Positions 1-6,933 of a stretch of 12,822 nt of DNA are shown in pieces. The notes beneath the pieces were generated by a model. It made no database searches. It was given only the letters and a program-made list of their open reading frames with translations, and was not told the origin of the DNA. The DNA lies in the NCBI GenBank assembly GCA_044870765.1, contig JBIOZG010000010.1, forward strand, positions 1-12,822. Reading direction: 5' to 3'. Source of the stretch: Nitrososphaeraceae archaeon (GTDB lineage Archaea; Thermoproteota; Nitrososphaeria; Nitrososphaerales; Nitrososphaeraceae). Made by a program: the position numbers and the translations under genes. How positions within the stretch are numbered: position 1 is the first letter of the stretch; each line of letters starts with the position of its first letter.

Positions 1-25
1 TGTTTGATTATCCAACCACTTAGCA

Positions 26-150
26 TTACCCATTTTCAAATCCATTACAGGTACACTTCATGCAATAGTTTTTTCCGTGTTTATCAAAAAATGCATTCGT
101 TTAGCATGGTGACAGGCAACGCACTCATGCGATTTAAGTTCAGAGCTCAA
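26..150 (-). pseudogene. Frameshifted small Cys/His zinc-binding protein (CxxCxHxxxxH...CxxCxCxxF)
   Basis: Manual translation: TTG at 150 gives MSSELKSHECVACHHAKRMHF. A one-base shift in the A6 run at 86-91 continues as FDKHGKNYCMKCTCNGFENG* (stop 26-28). The span is 125 nt, one base short of 42 codons. Could be a homopolymer sequencing error. Confidence 0.6.
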
Positions 151-162
151 GTTACGAATCCG
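141..162 (+). repeat. Intergenic element, left-motif only (cagagctcaagttacgaatccg)
   Basis: Resembles cagaatcccaaattagaaccg at 4151-4171 and tagattcaaagttacggatt at 5419-5438. It lies 5 nt beyond the nitroreductase stop and overlaps the TTG start of the next gene. Confidence 0.45.
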
Positions 163-167
163 TTGCC

Positions 168-680
168 TTATCTCTGATTTGTATTACTGTATTTTTCATT
201 GTGAACAAGTACAGTTAGTGGAAGACGGTCTTTTCTCTTTCCTGTCAATTTCTTTAAAGGGTAACCAAATCCGATAACGGCAGCCACGTTCAATTCTTTT
301 GGAATTCCAAAATCTGGCCTGAATATCTGTTCCTTTATACCAGTAAATATTCCTGACCCTACGCCAAAATTCCATGCTGTCACCTGCATATTCTGTATTA
401 CCCTGCCCGCATCAATTAAATGGAAACCATACTTTGGATTTGTTAGAATTATTACAGCAAAATTACAGTTTGCAACCCAATTTCCGCTAGTGCTGTCTTC
501 TGCTAGCTTTTTCAGATTCTCTTTATTTTTAACTAAAATAAAACGCCAGTGTTGTGTATTAAGGCCAGTTCCTGTTAATCTGGCTGCTTCAAGTACGTTT
601 GATTTTATTTCAGGTGGAACTTGTTTTGGACTAAATTCTCGTATGTCGAGTTTAGTCGCTATAGATTCAAAAGCATCCAT
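168..680 (-). CDS. Nitroreductase family protein (FMN-binding)
   Basis: N-terminal pattern ...DIREFSPKQVPPE...VLEAARLTGTGLNTQHWRFILV, central DAGRVIQNMQVTAWNFGVGS, and C-terminal VIGFGYP...R are typical of the nitroreductase fold. 170 aa. Confidence 0.92.
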   Translation of the reverse strand: MDAFESIATKLDIREFSPKQVPPEIKSNVLEAARLTGTGLNTQHWRFILVKNKENLKKLAEDSTSGNWVANCNFAVIILTNPKYGFHLIDAGRVIQNMQVTAWNFGVGSGIFTGIKEQIFRPDFGIPKELNVAAVIGFGYPLKKLTGKRKDRLPLTVLVHNEKYSNTNQR

Positions 681-693
681 ACATCTTATACTG

Positions 694-709
694 TTTTAAT
701 ATATTAAAA
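694..709. promoter_or_regulatory. Perfect 16-bp AT-rich palindrome, probable TATA box/operator between divergent genes
   Basis: TTTTAATATATTAAAA lies 14-29 nt upstream of the nitroreductase ATG (680) in the 97-bp divergent gap. A second inverted repeat, CTTCTAA-N14-TTAGAAG, lies at 722-749. Confidence 0.5.
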
Positions 710-777
710 GGGGAAGCCAGTCTTCTAAGAACTCTAGCTTTATTAGAAGTTAGAGAGGATATATCTACGTCCAGTAA

Positions 778-1491
778 GTGAGATACTATATCAAGTGCAA
801 GCTAAATCCAAAAGCAAGGGAAAAGTTAGCAAATTCTATAAATTCGGGGAACTTAGCAAAGGGAAAAATATTTTATGAAGGAATGCAAGCTGCTTTGAGA
901 ACTGCAACTATAGATGAAACGGATACAGTTCATTTCATCGAGGCTTGCTATTGTCTAGAAGGAGGCCTCTATCCGATGGCAATGGAAATACCTACACTCA
1001 ATGAATACTTTGAATCTGTCGAGCAAGTAGCGGATGCCCGATTCAGAGAAAAATGCACAATGGAATGTGAAGCCTGCGATTGTACTCGGGCAATTAAACT
1101 TCCAGGAATGCAATTAGTAAAAAATCTGAATCTTGGAAGTAATGATACCGATAGAAAAGAAAATGATAAGATGGAGTTTATAGATTATGGAAGAGTTGAA
1201 TTAAGGAGACATAAACAAAGACAAGGTATTGATGCCCTCAGAAAAGTTGTAGATGAATGTCTATCATCAAAAATTAAACCAGTAAAGGCTGGTGCTGCAA
1301 TCTCAGGACTTTTTGCAATATTTCAAGACGATAACGGTGAATATTTCAGGATAAAGAATATTCCTGACACTAATGAAGCTCGTCATATTCTTAACAAGCT
1401 AGGACTGGATATACACGATTCTGTTGAAAGTGTTAAGGAAAATGCCAGATACTCTCTGGCGGCAAGCGATAGGTACTCCAACATAGTTTAG
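778..1491 (+). CDS. Hypothetical protein with Cys cluster (CxC ... CxxxCxxCxC), possible metal/Fe-S binding
   Basis: 237-aa ORF with GTG start. Motifs FIEACYC and KCTMECEACDCT. No family recognised with certainty. Confidence 0.8.
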   Translation: MRYYIKCKLNPKAREKLANSINSGNLAKGKIFYEGMQAALRTATIDETDTVHFIEACYCLEGGLYPMAMEIPTLNEYFESVEQVADARFREKCTMECEACDCTRAIKLPGMQLVKNLNLGSNDTDRKENDKMEFIDYGRVELRRHKQRQGIDALRKVVDECLSSKIKPVKAGAAISGLFAIFQDDNGEYFRIKNIPDTNEARHILNKLGLDIHDSVESVKENARYSLAASDRYSNIV

Positions 1492-1508
1492 GGCAAAGGA
1501 TAAAGAAC

Positions 1509-1646
1509 TCATCCATAAATTACATTAATCTTATCTATACTGGCGTTCCCGCAATATGGACAATAATTTGGATTAACACTGGTCGAAAGTCCTATTAATT
1601 GAAATTTGATTTTACACTGTTTACAGGAGAATGTACCAACTTTCAT
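1509..1646 (-). CDS. Small zinc-ribbon protein (45 aa), not in ORF track
   Basis: Manual translation MKVGTFSCKQCKIKFQLIGLSTSVNPNYCPYCGNASIDKINVIYG*. Two CxxC knuckles (CKQC, CPYCG) 17 residues apart. Confidence 0.75.
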   Translation of the reverse strand: MKVGTFSCKQCKIKFQLIGLSTSVNPNYCPYCGNASIDKINVIYG

Positions 1647-1820
1647 AGTCAGATTTAACAATGTAGCATTATTTGTTTGTCTTTGTCTTTGTCATTATAG
1701 TCCTAACGGCTTACTCTTAAATACTCTAGGAGAAGATGAAATGCCGCCTTTAATACCAGCAAGCCGAAAGATTACTCTAGGAACGGATATAAAGAGCCCT
1801 ATAGCAGTTGTTCGTTCCCA

Positions 1821-2030
1821 ATGATGGTCGATATAAATTCTGAATACGCAAGAGCAATGATACGGGATTTCATAAAAATACAAAAGGATATTTTGGGATT
1901 ACCAAACTTAACAACAAAGCAAAAAGACGATATAAACAGCTTGGGACATGAGTTAGGTACTTTAAGCTCACAAGCAGATGATGACAAAATAAAAACTGGC
2001 CTAATAGACATGATGAATAGACTTAATTAA
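1821..2030 (+). CDS. Hypothetical small helical protein (69 aa)
   Basis: Charged amphipathic composition. More protein-like than the overlapping antisense ORFs. Confidence 0.65.
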   Translation: MMVDINSEYARAMIRDFIKIQKDILGLPNLTTKQKDDINSLGHELGTLSSQADDDKIKTGLIDMMNRLN

Positions 2031-2045
2031 GAAGTTTCTCTGAAC

Positions 2046-2148
2046 TTAAAAGAAAACTTTTAGCTTCTAGTCCATTCTAATACCAAGAATCCTAATTTAG
2101 AACCGATAGCGTCGTGGGTACCGACAGCTGAAGATCTGAAGGTTTTAA
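2046..2148 (+). repeat. Intergenic element type A, copy 1
   Basis: The 29-bp stretch ttagaaccgatagcgtcgtgggtaccgac (2097-2125) is identical to 4163-4191. Shares the ttaaaagaaaact..agct left arm and gaaga..tga right end. The ends are imperfectly complementary (aaaacttttag/ctgaaggtttt). Confidence 0.9.
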
Positions 2149-2159
2149 TAAACACTTGC

Positions 2160-2750
2160 TTATATTAGTATAGATGGCATAAAGGTTATCATAAAGAGTA
2201 TTATTACTGCTACTGCACCGATTAGGAACGCTGGATATCCTAACAATTTGTTACGTGAAATTTCTGATACACCTCCCAATCCAGCAGCTATGATCAGGAG
2301 TATGGTTGTAAGTTCATACATTCCGATCTTCTTTGATATATCTGAAATATGATCTACAGATTGAAGAAATGATTCATGTTCGGATTCTGCTTTGTGCTTT
2401 AGATTTAACAATGAACCGTTGACTGTTACACTCCCTTCAAGATTTTCAAGATGAGATTTATACGTAGCAAAGTTATTCTCTATTTCAGTGACATTATTTT
2501 TAGTAAAGTTACCTTGAAGAGTAATATTCAGATTGTCAAGCTGAGCCTTCAGAATTCTTTCACCAATTTTTTCTTCGTTATAGTCATTTTCCCAATCCAT
2601 TGATTTCACAAAATGGGCAAGAGAAGTAATCTGCAAATCATCCTTTTCTAAGCCAAGTTCGGTTGCCAGAGTGGTTGTATATACTGCCAAAATCGATACG
2701 CCTATAATAAAGAAAGTGACAATTAAAAAAAATCCTGAGACTGAATGCAT
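2160..2750 (-). CDS. Membrane protein, DUF4337-like topology
   Basis: One N-terminal TM helix, a soluble coiled region starting near a W..Y..K motif, and two C-terminal TM helices (LLIIAAGLGGVSEI; YPAFLIGAVAVIILF). Family call is from pattern resemblance only. Confidence 0.6.
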   Translation of the reverse strand: MHSVSGFFLIVTFFIIGVSILAVYTTTLATELGLEKDDLQITSLAHFVKSMDWENDYNEEKIGERILKAQLDNLNITLQGNFTKNNVTEIENNFATYKSHLENLEGSVTVNGSLLNLKHKAESEHESFLQSVDHISDISKKIGMYELTTILLIIAAGLGGVSEISRNKLLGYPAFLIGAVAVIILFMITFMPSILI

Positions 2751-2808
2751 TTTTCTCCATTTAGTCTTGTCTCACATGTTTTTAAATCTGTTTATCAAGT
2801 CATACTCC

Positions 2809-2862
2809 TAGATTTTGGATCCGAACCGCTAACAACGTGGTTCCCTACGGCTATAGGCTTTG
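2809..2862 (+). repeat. Intergenic element type C, copy 1
   Basis: tttggatccgaaccgctaacaacgtggttccctacggct matches 6640-6678 at 29/39 and aligns ungapped with the type A core. Hairpin GAACC-N11-GGTTC. Confidence 0.8.
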
Positions 2863-2929
2863 CATAAATTTTTAACATCATCAAAATTATTCGGATTAAA
2901 TTTTAATACGAAGAGGGACAAGTGTATTA

Positions 2930-3448
2930 ATGGCATCTAATTCTAGTTCTGGCCATGATGTTAGACCTCCTTCTCTTACCCCATCCGAGATCGACAAAAT
3001 CCTTTCAATGACCCTCATTGCTAATTTGGCCACACTTGGCGAAGATGACACTATCCATATCGTTCCCATGTGGTTCATGCGATTTGGTAACGATATTTGT
3101 ATTCCCACTTCTCGACTTACTCGCAAATACAAGAACCTGAAAGCGAGGCCATACGCATCAGTGATGATAGATATTTCGCGAGAGGGATTAGACTTGAAAG
3201 GGGCATTGATTAGAGGCCCTGTAGAGCTCGTTGAAGGGGAAGAGGCAAGAAAGATCAACCACCAGATCCATTTGAAGTATGTGACAGAGGAGGGACTAAA
3301 TGATCCAAGCGTTGCATTGTATTTATCCAAAGGCGATGACGTAACTGTGAGAATACACATGGAACATATAGTTAATTGGAATCTAGCAGACTCTAAGGCG
3401 GGGAGAGCACTTAGAATAAAAGATCGTTCTCGACAACTAGATGCATAA
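2930..3448 (+). CDS. Pyridoxamine 5'-phosphate oxidase-like (split beta-barrel flavin/F420-binding) protein
   Basis: IANLATLGEDDTIHIVPMWF, TRKYKNLKARPYASVMID and GALIRG are characteristic PNPOx/FDOR-family motifs. Confidence 0.88.
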   Translation: MASNSSSGHDVRPPSLTPSEIDKILSMTLIANLATLGEDDTIHIVPMWFMRFGNDICIPTSRLTRKYKNLKARPYASVMIDISREGLDLKGALIRGPVELVEGEEARKINHQIHLKYVTEEGLNDPSVALYLSKGDDVTVRIHMEHIVNWNLADSKAGRALRIKDRSRQLDA

Positions 3449-3461
3449 AAAACGAATAAAC

Positions 3462-3572
3462 AGAAAGTAATAGAACCAGTATATGCAGGGTTCGAATCCC
3501 GATGAACTCTAAACGGTTAGAAAACTTTAAAGCTTTGTAGTGCTCTCTTATAGAAGAACATTCTTTTAGAAC
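3462..3572 (+). repeat. Composite intergenic element: type D (tRNA T-loop-like) plus degenerate type A left arm
   Basis: gaaagtaatagaacc..gttcgaatcccgatg matches 6286-6328. It is followed by gaaaactttaaagcttt..ttttagaac, which matches the type A left arm. The same D-then-A order occurs at 12143-12240. Confidence 0.7.
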
Positions 3573-3586
3573 ATAACGTATTAAAG

Positions 3587-4051
3587 TCAGTCGTTGTTGG
3601 TGTTATTCGCCTCAGCGAAGGTCATATTGTTGTCATCTAGGTCCGCAAGAATATCTGCTCGTTTTGAATCAGTTTGCTCTTGAAATTCTTGAAGGTTACT
3701 CGGATCTTCTAGAACGCCTCCCCGCTGTGGACCCGTTGTTTCACCTTCAGGTTTTATTGCTTGTTTGGCTGGATCTGTGCATTTTTCATAGGTGTTACCA
3801 TTGGCGTCCTTGTAGTTTTTGCACGTCTGGCACTTCGTTTCTCCGAGTATCTTTCCAGGAACTTGTTCACGCCAACAGCAAGTTTGTCCTCCCTTATCCC
3901 ATCTACTCCCAGTGCAATCCGTGGACGAATCATAATTACTGTCTCGTATTGCCGCACAGGCAATAGGTAAAAGAGGTCGGCCTGAAACAAATGGAACAAG
4001 CAGGACAAGTAGGACTCCTGTAGAAACGAAAAATACAAGCTCCCTATGCAT
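3587..4051 (-). CDS. Secreted Cys-rich hypothetical protein
   Basis: Hydrophobic N-terminal signal, then C..TCCW..CQTC..C core and acidic low-complexity tail. TATA-like ATATATTTAA about 30 nt upstream (4081-4090). Confidence 0.8.
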   Translation of the reverse strand: MHRELVFFVSTGVLLVLLVPFVSGRPLLPIACAAIRDSNYDSSTDCTGSRWDKGGQTCCWREQVPGKILGETKCQTCKNYKDANGNTYEKCTDPAKQAIKPEGETTGPQRGGVLEDPSNLQEFQEQTDSKRADILADLDDNNMTFAEANNTNND

Positions 4052-4110
4052 GATGTTTTTGTATTTGTCTTGAGATGTTATTAAATATATTGTGATCCAA
4101 GTGATACAAG

Positions 4111-4210
4111 TTAAAAGAAAAACTTAAAGCTCAGCACCCCTTATTCATATCAGAATCCCAAATTAGAACCGATAGCGTCGTGGGTACCGACGTCGGAAGA
4201 CTTGACTTAA
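4111..4210 (+). repeat. Intergenic element type A, copy 2
   Basis: 29-bp identity with 2097-2125. atatcagaatccca..ttagaaccgatagc is shared with 6107-6136. Contains the palindrome ccgacgtcgg (4187-4196). Confidence 0.9.
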
Positions 4211-4321
4211 ACAGAAGAGAAATGTATCGTACGGAGATTAAAGAAGAGATGACTGTTAGACAAGAAAATCAGATGTCTGAAGTCTACAGCGTCCTTCCAA
4301 TCAACATCTCTCATTGGCTAA

Positions 4322-4975
4322 CTAATTTTCAAACGACATTATGGCCTTTTCTTTCCCTACCAACAATTCACTACGAGGAATCTTGAGATGTTTCATTCGG
4401 ATACGAATATCAACGTATTGAGTAAACCCAACTTTAAACTTCATTAAATCTAACGAAAGACAAGAATCAACACAGCAACCCGCATCCGTCCTAAATGGCA
4501 CTTGCTCAATAAGTCTTCTTGACAGACGCGACAAAGCAAACCCTTGATGCAATACAGGAATTATGGCATTGGGATTTTTTACTTTCGATAGCAACGATTC
4601 AAACTGTGCTATCTTAAACCAACGGTAGCCTTCATATGTTGCAGTACGCGGCGGATCTGGGGGCAGGAAAGCCGAGATGTTAGTATCGATATTGGTATCA
4701 TCACGGCCGGTGTTATTGCACCAGCCAGATATGGAATCATATGACTCGTCATAATTTACTATTGCATCAACATCTTCTTGAGTCACAATAAGATCGTCGG
4801 GCAGGATCATAAAATGAGTAAAGTCGCTTTGCAGAAAGAACTCTCTTGCTTTGTTGTATGCTTCGTCTTGTGGAAAATATTTAATCCATAGTTTAGAGAT
4901 CCCGTTTATCTTTTCGATGGCCTTGTAAAACTCTGGGATACTACGCGGATTGAAGATTACTAATAAGGGCTTCAT
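4322..4975 (-). CDS. GT-A fold glycosyltransferase-like protein
   Basis: AYNKAREFFL..FTHFMILPDDLIV (acidic metal-binding position after a beta strand), ISGWCN, GFALSRLSR..IEQVPF, D..LS, YVD..I.MKH follow the GT2-like motif order. Confidence 0.65.
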   Translation of the reverse strand: MKPLLVIFNPRSIPEFYKAIEKINGISKLWIKYFPQDEAYNKAREFFLQSDFTHFMILPDDLIVTQEDVDAIVNYDESYDSISGWCNNTGRDDTNIDTNISAFLPPDPPRTATYEGYRWFKIAQFESLLSKVKNPNAIIPVLHQGFALSRLSRRLIEQVPFRTDAGCCVDSCLSLDLMKFKVGFTQYVDIRIRMKHLKIPRSELLVGKEKAIMSFEN

Positions 4976-5147
4976 TGCTATCGTCGCTAATATGTAGTTC
5001 AGTCAGGTAGTTATATACTATTTCTCGAGATTCGTCAACGGAGAACATTACATTAAAAACTAAATCATCATAAAGCTTTAAAATGGCTTCTTCTCTTGAC
5101 TTGGATTTAGTCATCCACCTAAAGTCTGGTAAGTTTAGTATTGTCAA
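4941..5147 (-). CDS. Hypothetical small protein overlapping the GT-like gene
   Basis: 68-aa ORF with TTG start (alternative ATG at 5114). Overlaps the downstream gene by 35 nt, suggesting coupling. Confidence 0.5.
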   Translation of the reverse strand: MTILNLPDFRWMTKSKSREEAILKLYDDLVFNVMFSVDESREIVYNYLTELHISDDSNEALISNLQSA

Positions 5148-5158
5148 TTTTTAAATTT

Positions 5159-5344
5159 TTAATAGTATTTTTTGTTAGTTACTTCAAATCCTTCAAATCC
5201 ATTCATCACCATCGAATGGTCTTCTTTTTTACAACAGTTGCAATGAAGTTTAAAGCAATCTCTACTTATCTTATGATTGCATTGCTTACAGGTGCAAATA
5301 CTATCAGAAAAATCCATTATCTTATGATGATTATCTGCGGTCAT
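5159..5344 (-). CDS. Small Cys/His-rich putative metal-binding protein
   Basis: CTCKQCNH..DC..HCNCC..DH. Seven Cys in 61 aa. Confidence 0.7.
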   Translation of the reverse strand: MTADNHHKIMDFSDSICTCKQCNHKISRDCFKLHCNCCKKEDHSMVMNGFEGFEVTNKKYY

Positions 5345-5418
5345 TTATGCTCATTAGTAGTGCACTATATTACATCTTTCGATATAGTTGTGCGTTCGTT
5401 CGGGTTTCTAAGATAACA

Positions 5419-5438
5419 TAGATTCAAAGTTACGGATT
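5419..5438 (+). repeat. Intergenic element, left-motif only
   Basis: tagattcaaagttacggatt resembles 141-162 and 12219-12240. Short and degenerate. Confidence 0.35.
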
Positions 5439-5463
5439 ATATGTCATAAAAACAATTTATGGT

Positions 5464-5964
5464 ATGGACAAAATAAATGAGGATGCTATCTTGCATTTTT
5501 ACAGGATATTGGAAAATTCGCTTCTTGAAAGTGATATATCCAAAATAAATGAAGAAGATATAGATGCTTGGTCGCAATCGTTCAAGAAAGTTGTGAGAGA
5601 AAGTAGAGAAAAGAGTGGTAAGGGAGTATTCGTCCCTTTTTTAATGTGGAAGTTGGGTGAGATAAGCCCTGTTGAGGCCAGCAAATACCTAGTCAATAGA
5701 AAACAGGATGAATGCCGGGTTAGTTATGATCATAATAAAGTTGAATATATACTCCGGGTGATGGCATTGATGTTTATGTCTTGGTCTGTTACAAATCTTA
5801 AACGAAAAACGCAAAACGGACATTGTCAGAATATCGATCATCCACATGGAGATACGAATCCCAGACTTTGTAAAGAAGGAACAATATTTCATCAAGAACT
5901 TTACAATGAATGTGTTAAAACTTTCAAAGATTTACTGATTCATTCAGATGCTCAACAGAATTAA
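5464..5964 (+). CDS. Hypothetical protein (166 aa)
   Basis: Long ORF with normal composition. C-terminal C..H.H..C..H..C could bind metal. No family recognised. Confidence 0.8.
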   Translation: MDKINEDAILHFYRILENSLLESDISKINEEDIDAWSQSFKKVVRESREKSGKGVFVPFLMWKLGEISPVEASKYLVNRKQDECRVSYDHNKVEYILRVMALMFMSWSVTNLKRKTQNGHCQNIDHPHGDTNPRLCKEGTIFHQELYNECVKTFKDLLIHSDAQQN

Positions 5965-6071
5965 TTCAAATTCAGTATACTTTCAATAACTTTGATCAAA
6001 TTATAAACCTTTTAGGCCTAAAAACTAGTCAAAAATGATTCACAAACCTCCATGCCTAGACCATTGGGTCC

Positions 6072-6166
6072 TTAAAGAAAATTTAAAGATTAGCAGTTCG
6101 TAAAATATATCAGAATCCCATTTTAGAACCGATAGCCATGTGGAGCTCCATCCGGTAAGGAGCCTC
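6072..6166 (+). repeat. Intergenic element type A, copy 3
   Basis: ttaaagaaaatttaaagattagca..atatcagaatcccattttagaaccgatagc aligns with 4111-4176. The right part diverges into its own hairpin gctcc-N9-ggagc. Confidence 0.85.
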
Positions 6167-6284
6167 GATGATCTAAAGAAGGGAATACCGCAAGCCGTAG
6201 TCGAAGTAAACTCATACCGTGACTAAAAAATAATCATTCTGTCAGCATCCAATTTCTAATCGTTACTAAAAATAAAACTAAAAT

Positions 6285-6339
6285 AGAAGTTAGTAGAACC
6301 TACTCCATACAAAGTTCAAATCCCGATGTTGAAGACTAG
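6285..6339 (+). repeat. Intergenic element type D, copy 2
   Basis: gaagttagtagaacc..gttcaaatcccgatgttgaagactag. The left part matches 3462-3504 and the right end matches the ccgacg..gaagacttg end of types A and B. Ends 7 nt from the DUF1059 stop. Confidence 0.7.
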
Positions 6340-6346
6340 TCTATTA

Positions 6347-6535
6347 TTAGGAATGTTTGATGTATTGTTTATAATAGTTTTTAAACTGTGGAGTAATATC
6401 CTCCACTTTCATACCATGTGCCTTTACTATATGCTCTGTACCATCTTTCCAAAGTTCTTCTTCTGTCGTTCCTTTAGCAACGTAATCGCATTCAATCACT
6501 TTGGCTCCCGTGTCACGACACGCTAACGACAACAT
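6347..6535 (-). CDS. DUF1059 family small metal-binding protein
   Basis: LACRDTG...CDYVAKG.TEEEL....EH....HG is the DUF1059 C..C..H..H signature. TATA-like TAAATATATAC upstream (6559-6569). Confidence 0.9.
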   Translation of the reverse strand: MLSLACRDTGAKVIECDYVAKGTTEEELWKDGTEHIVKAHGMKVEDITPQFKNYYKQYIKHS

Positions 6536-6639
6536 ACTTTACTTGCTAGTGGAGGCATGTATATATTTATTCTCTTTATACACTTATTAAGAAATCAAAA
6601 GCTATTGAGTTTCGACTAAATATCAACTATATCTTTCCG

Positions 6640-6688
6640 TTTGGATCCGAATTGTTGACAATATTAATCCTTACGGCTTAAGACCTGG
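6640..6688 (+). repeat. Intergenic element type C, copy 2
   Basis: 29/39 ungapped identity to 2814-2852, with 8 of the 10 differences being transitions. TCCGA-N17-TCCTTACG spacing is preserved. Confidence 0.75.
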
Positions 6689-6868
6689 AAGTATGATTGC
6701 TGATATACTGTGTCGAACTTAATTGGTTATGTGTAAAGACCGAGAGCCTGTAGAACATGGCGTTATTAAAAAAAGACAAACCTGTAGAGAATGATTTTGG
6801 CAGTCCGGCTGAGAATCAACTAAAAGAGGCATATGATTCTGTAGACACATCCGAAGACTAAACCTGCG

Positions 6869-6904
6869 ATCACATTATAGCATAAAATCACATTATAGCA
6901 TAAA
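6869..6904 (+). repeat. Perfect 18-bp tandem duplication (atcacattatagcataaa x2)
   Basis: Units at 6869-6886 and 6887-6904, about 30 nt upstream of the methyltransferase ATG. Confidence 0.9.
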
Positions 6905-6933
6905 ATAAAAGAGAGAACAAGCAATCCGTATCT

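Noticed and set aside
3440-3520. tRNA gene
   Set aside because: Only a T-loop-like motif with a 3-bp stem. No acceptor, D or anticodon arms can be built and the context is AT-rich.
6094-6120. Xer/dif site (gttcgtaa-aatata-tcagaat)
   Set aside because: The arms are only weakly symmetric and the 11-6-11 layout is not kept in the other copies.
2097-6136. CRISPR array from the 29-bp repeats
   Set aside because: Copies are about 2 kb apart and separated by whole genes. There are no regular spacers and no cas genes.
6757-6861. 34-aa ORF MALLKKDKPVENDFGSPAENQLKEAYDSVDTSED
   Set aside because: Protein-like but too short, with no motif or clear RBS. Cannot be supported without a homology search.
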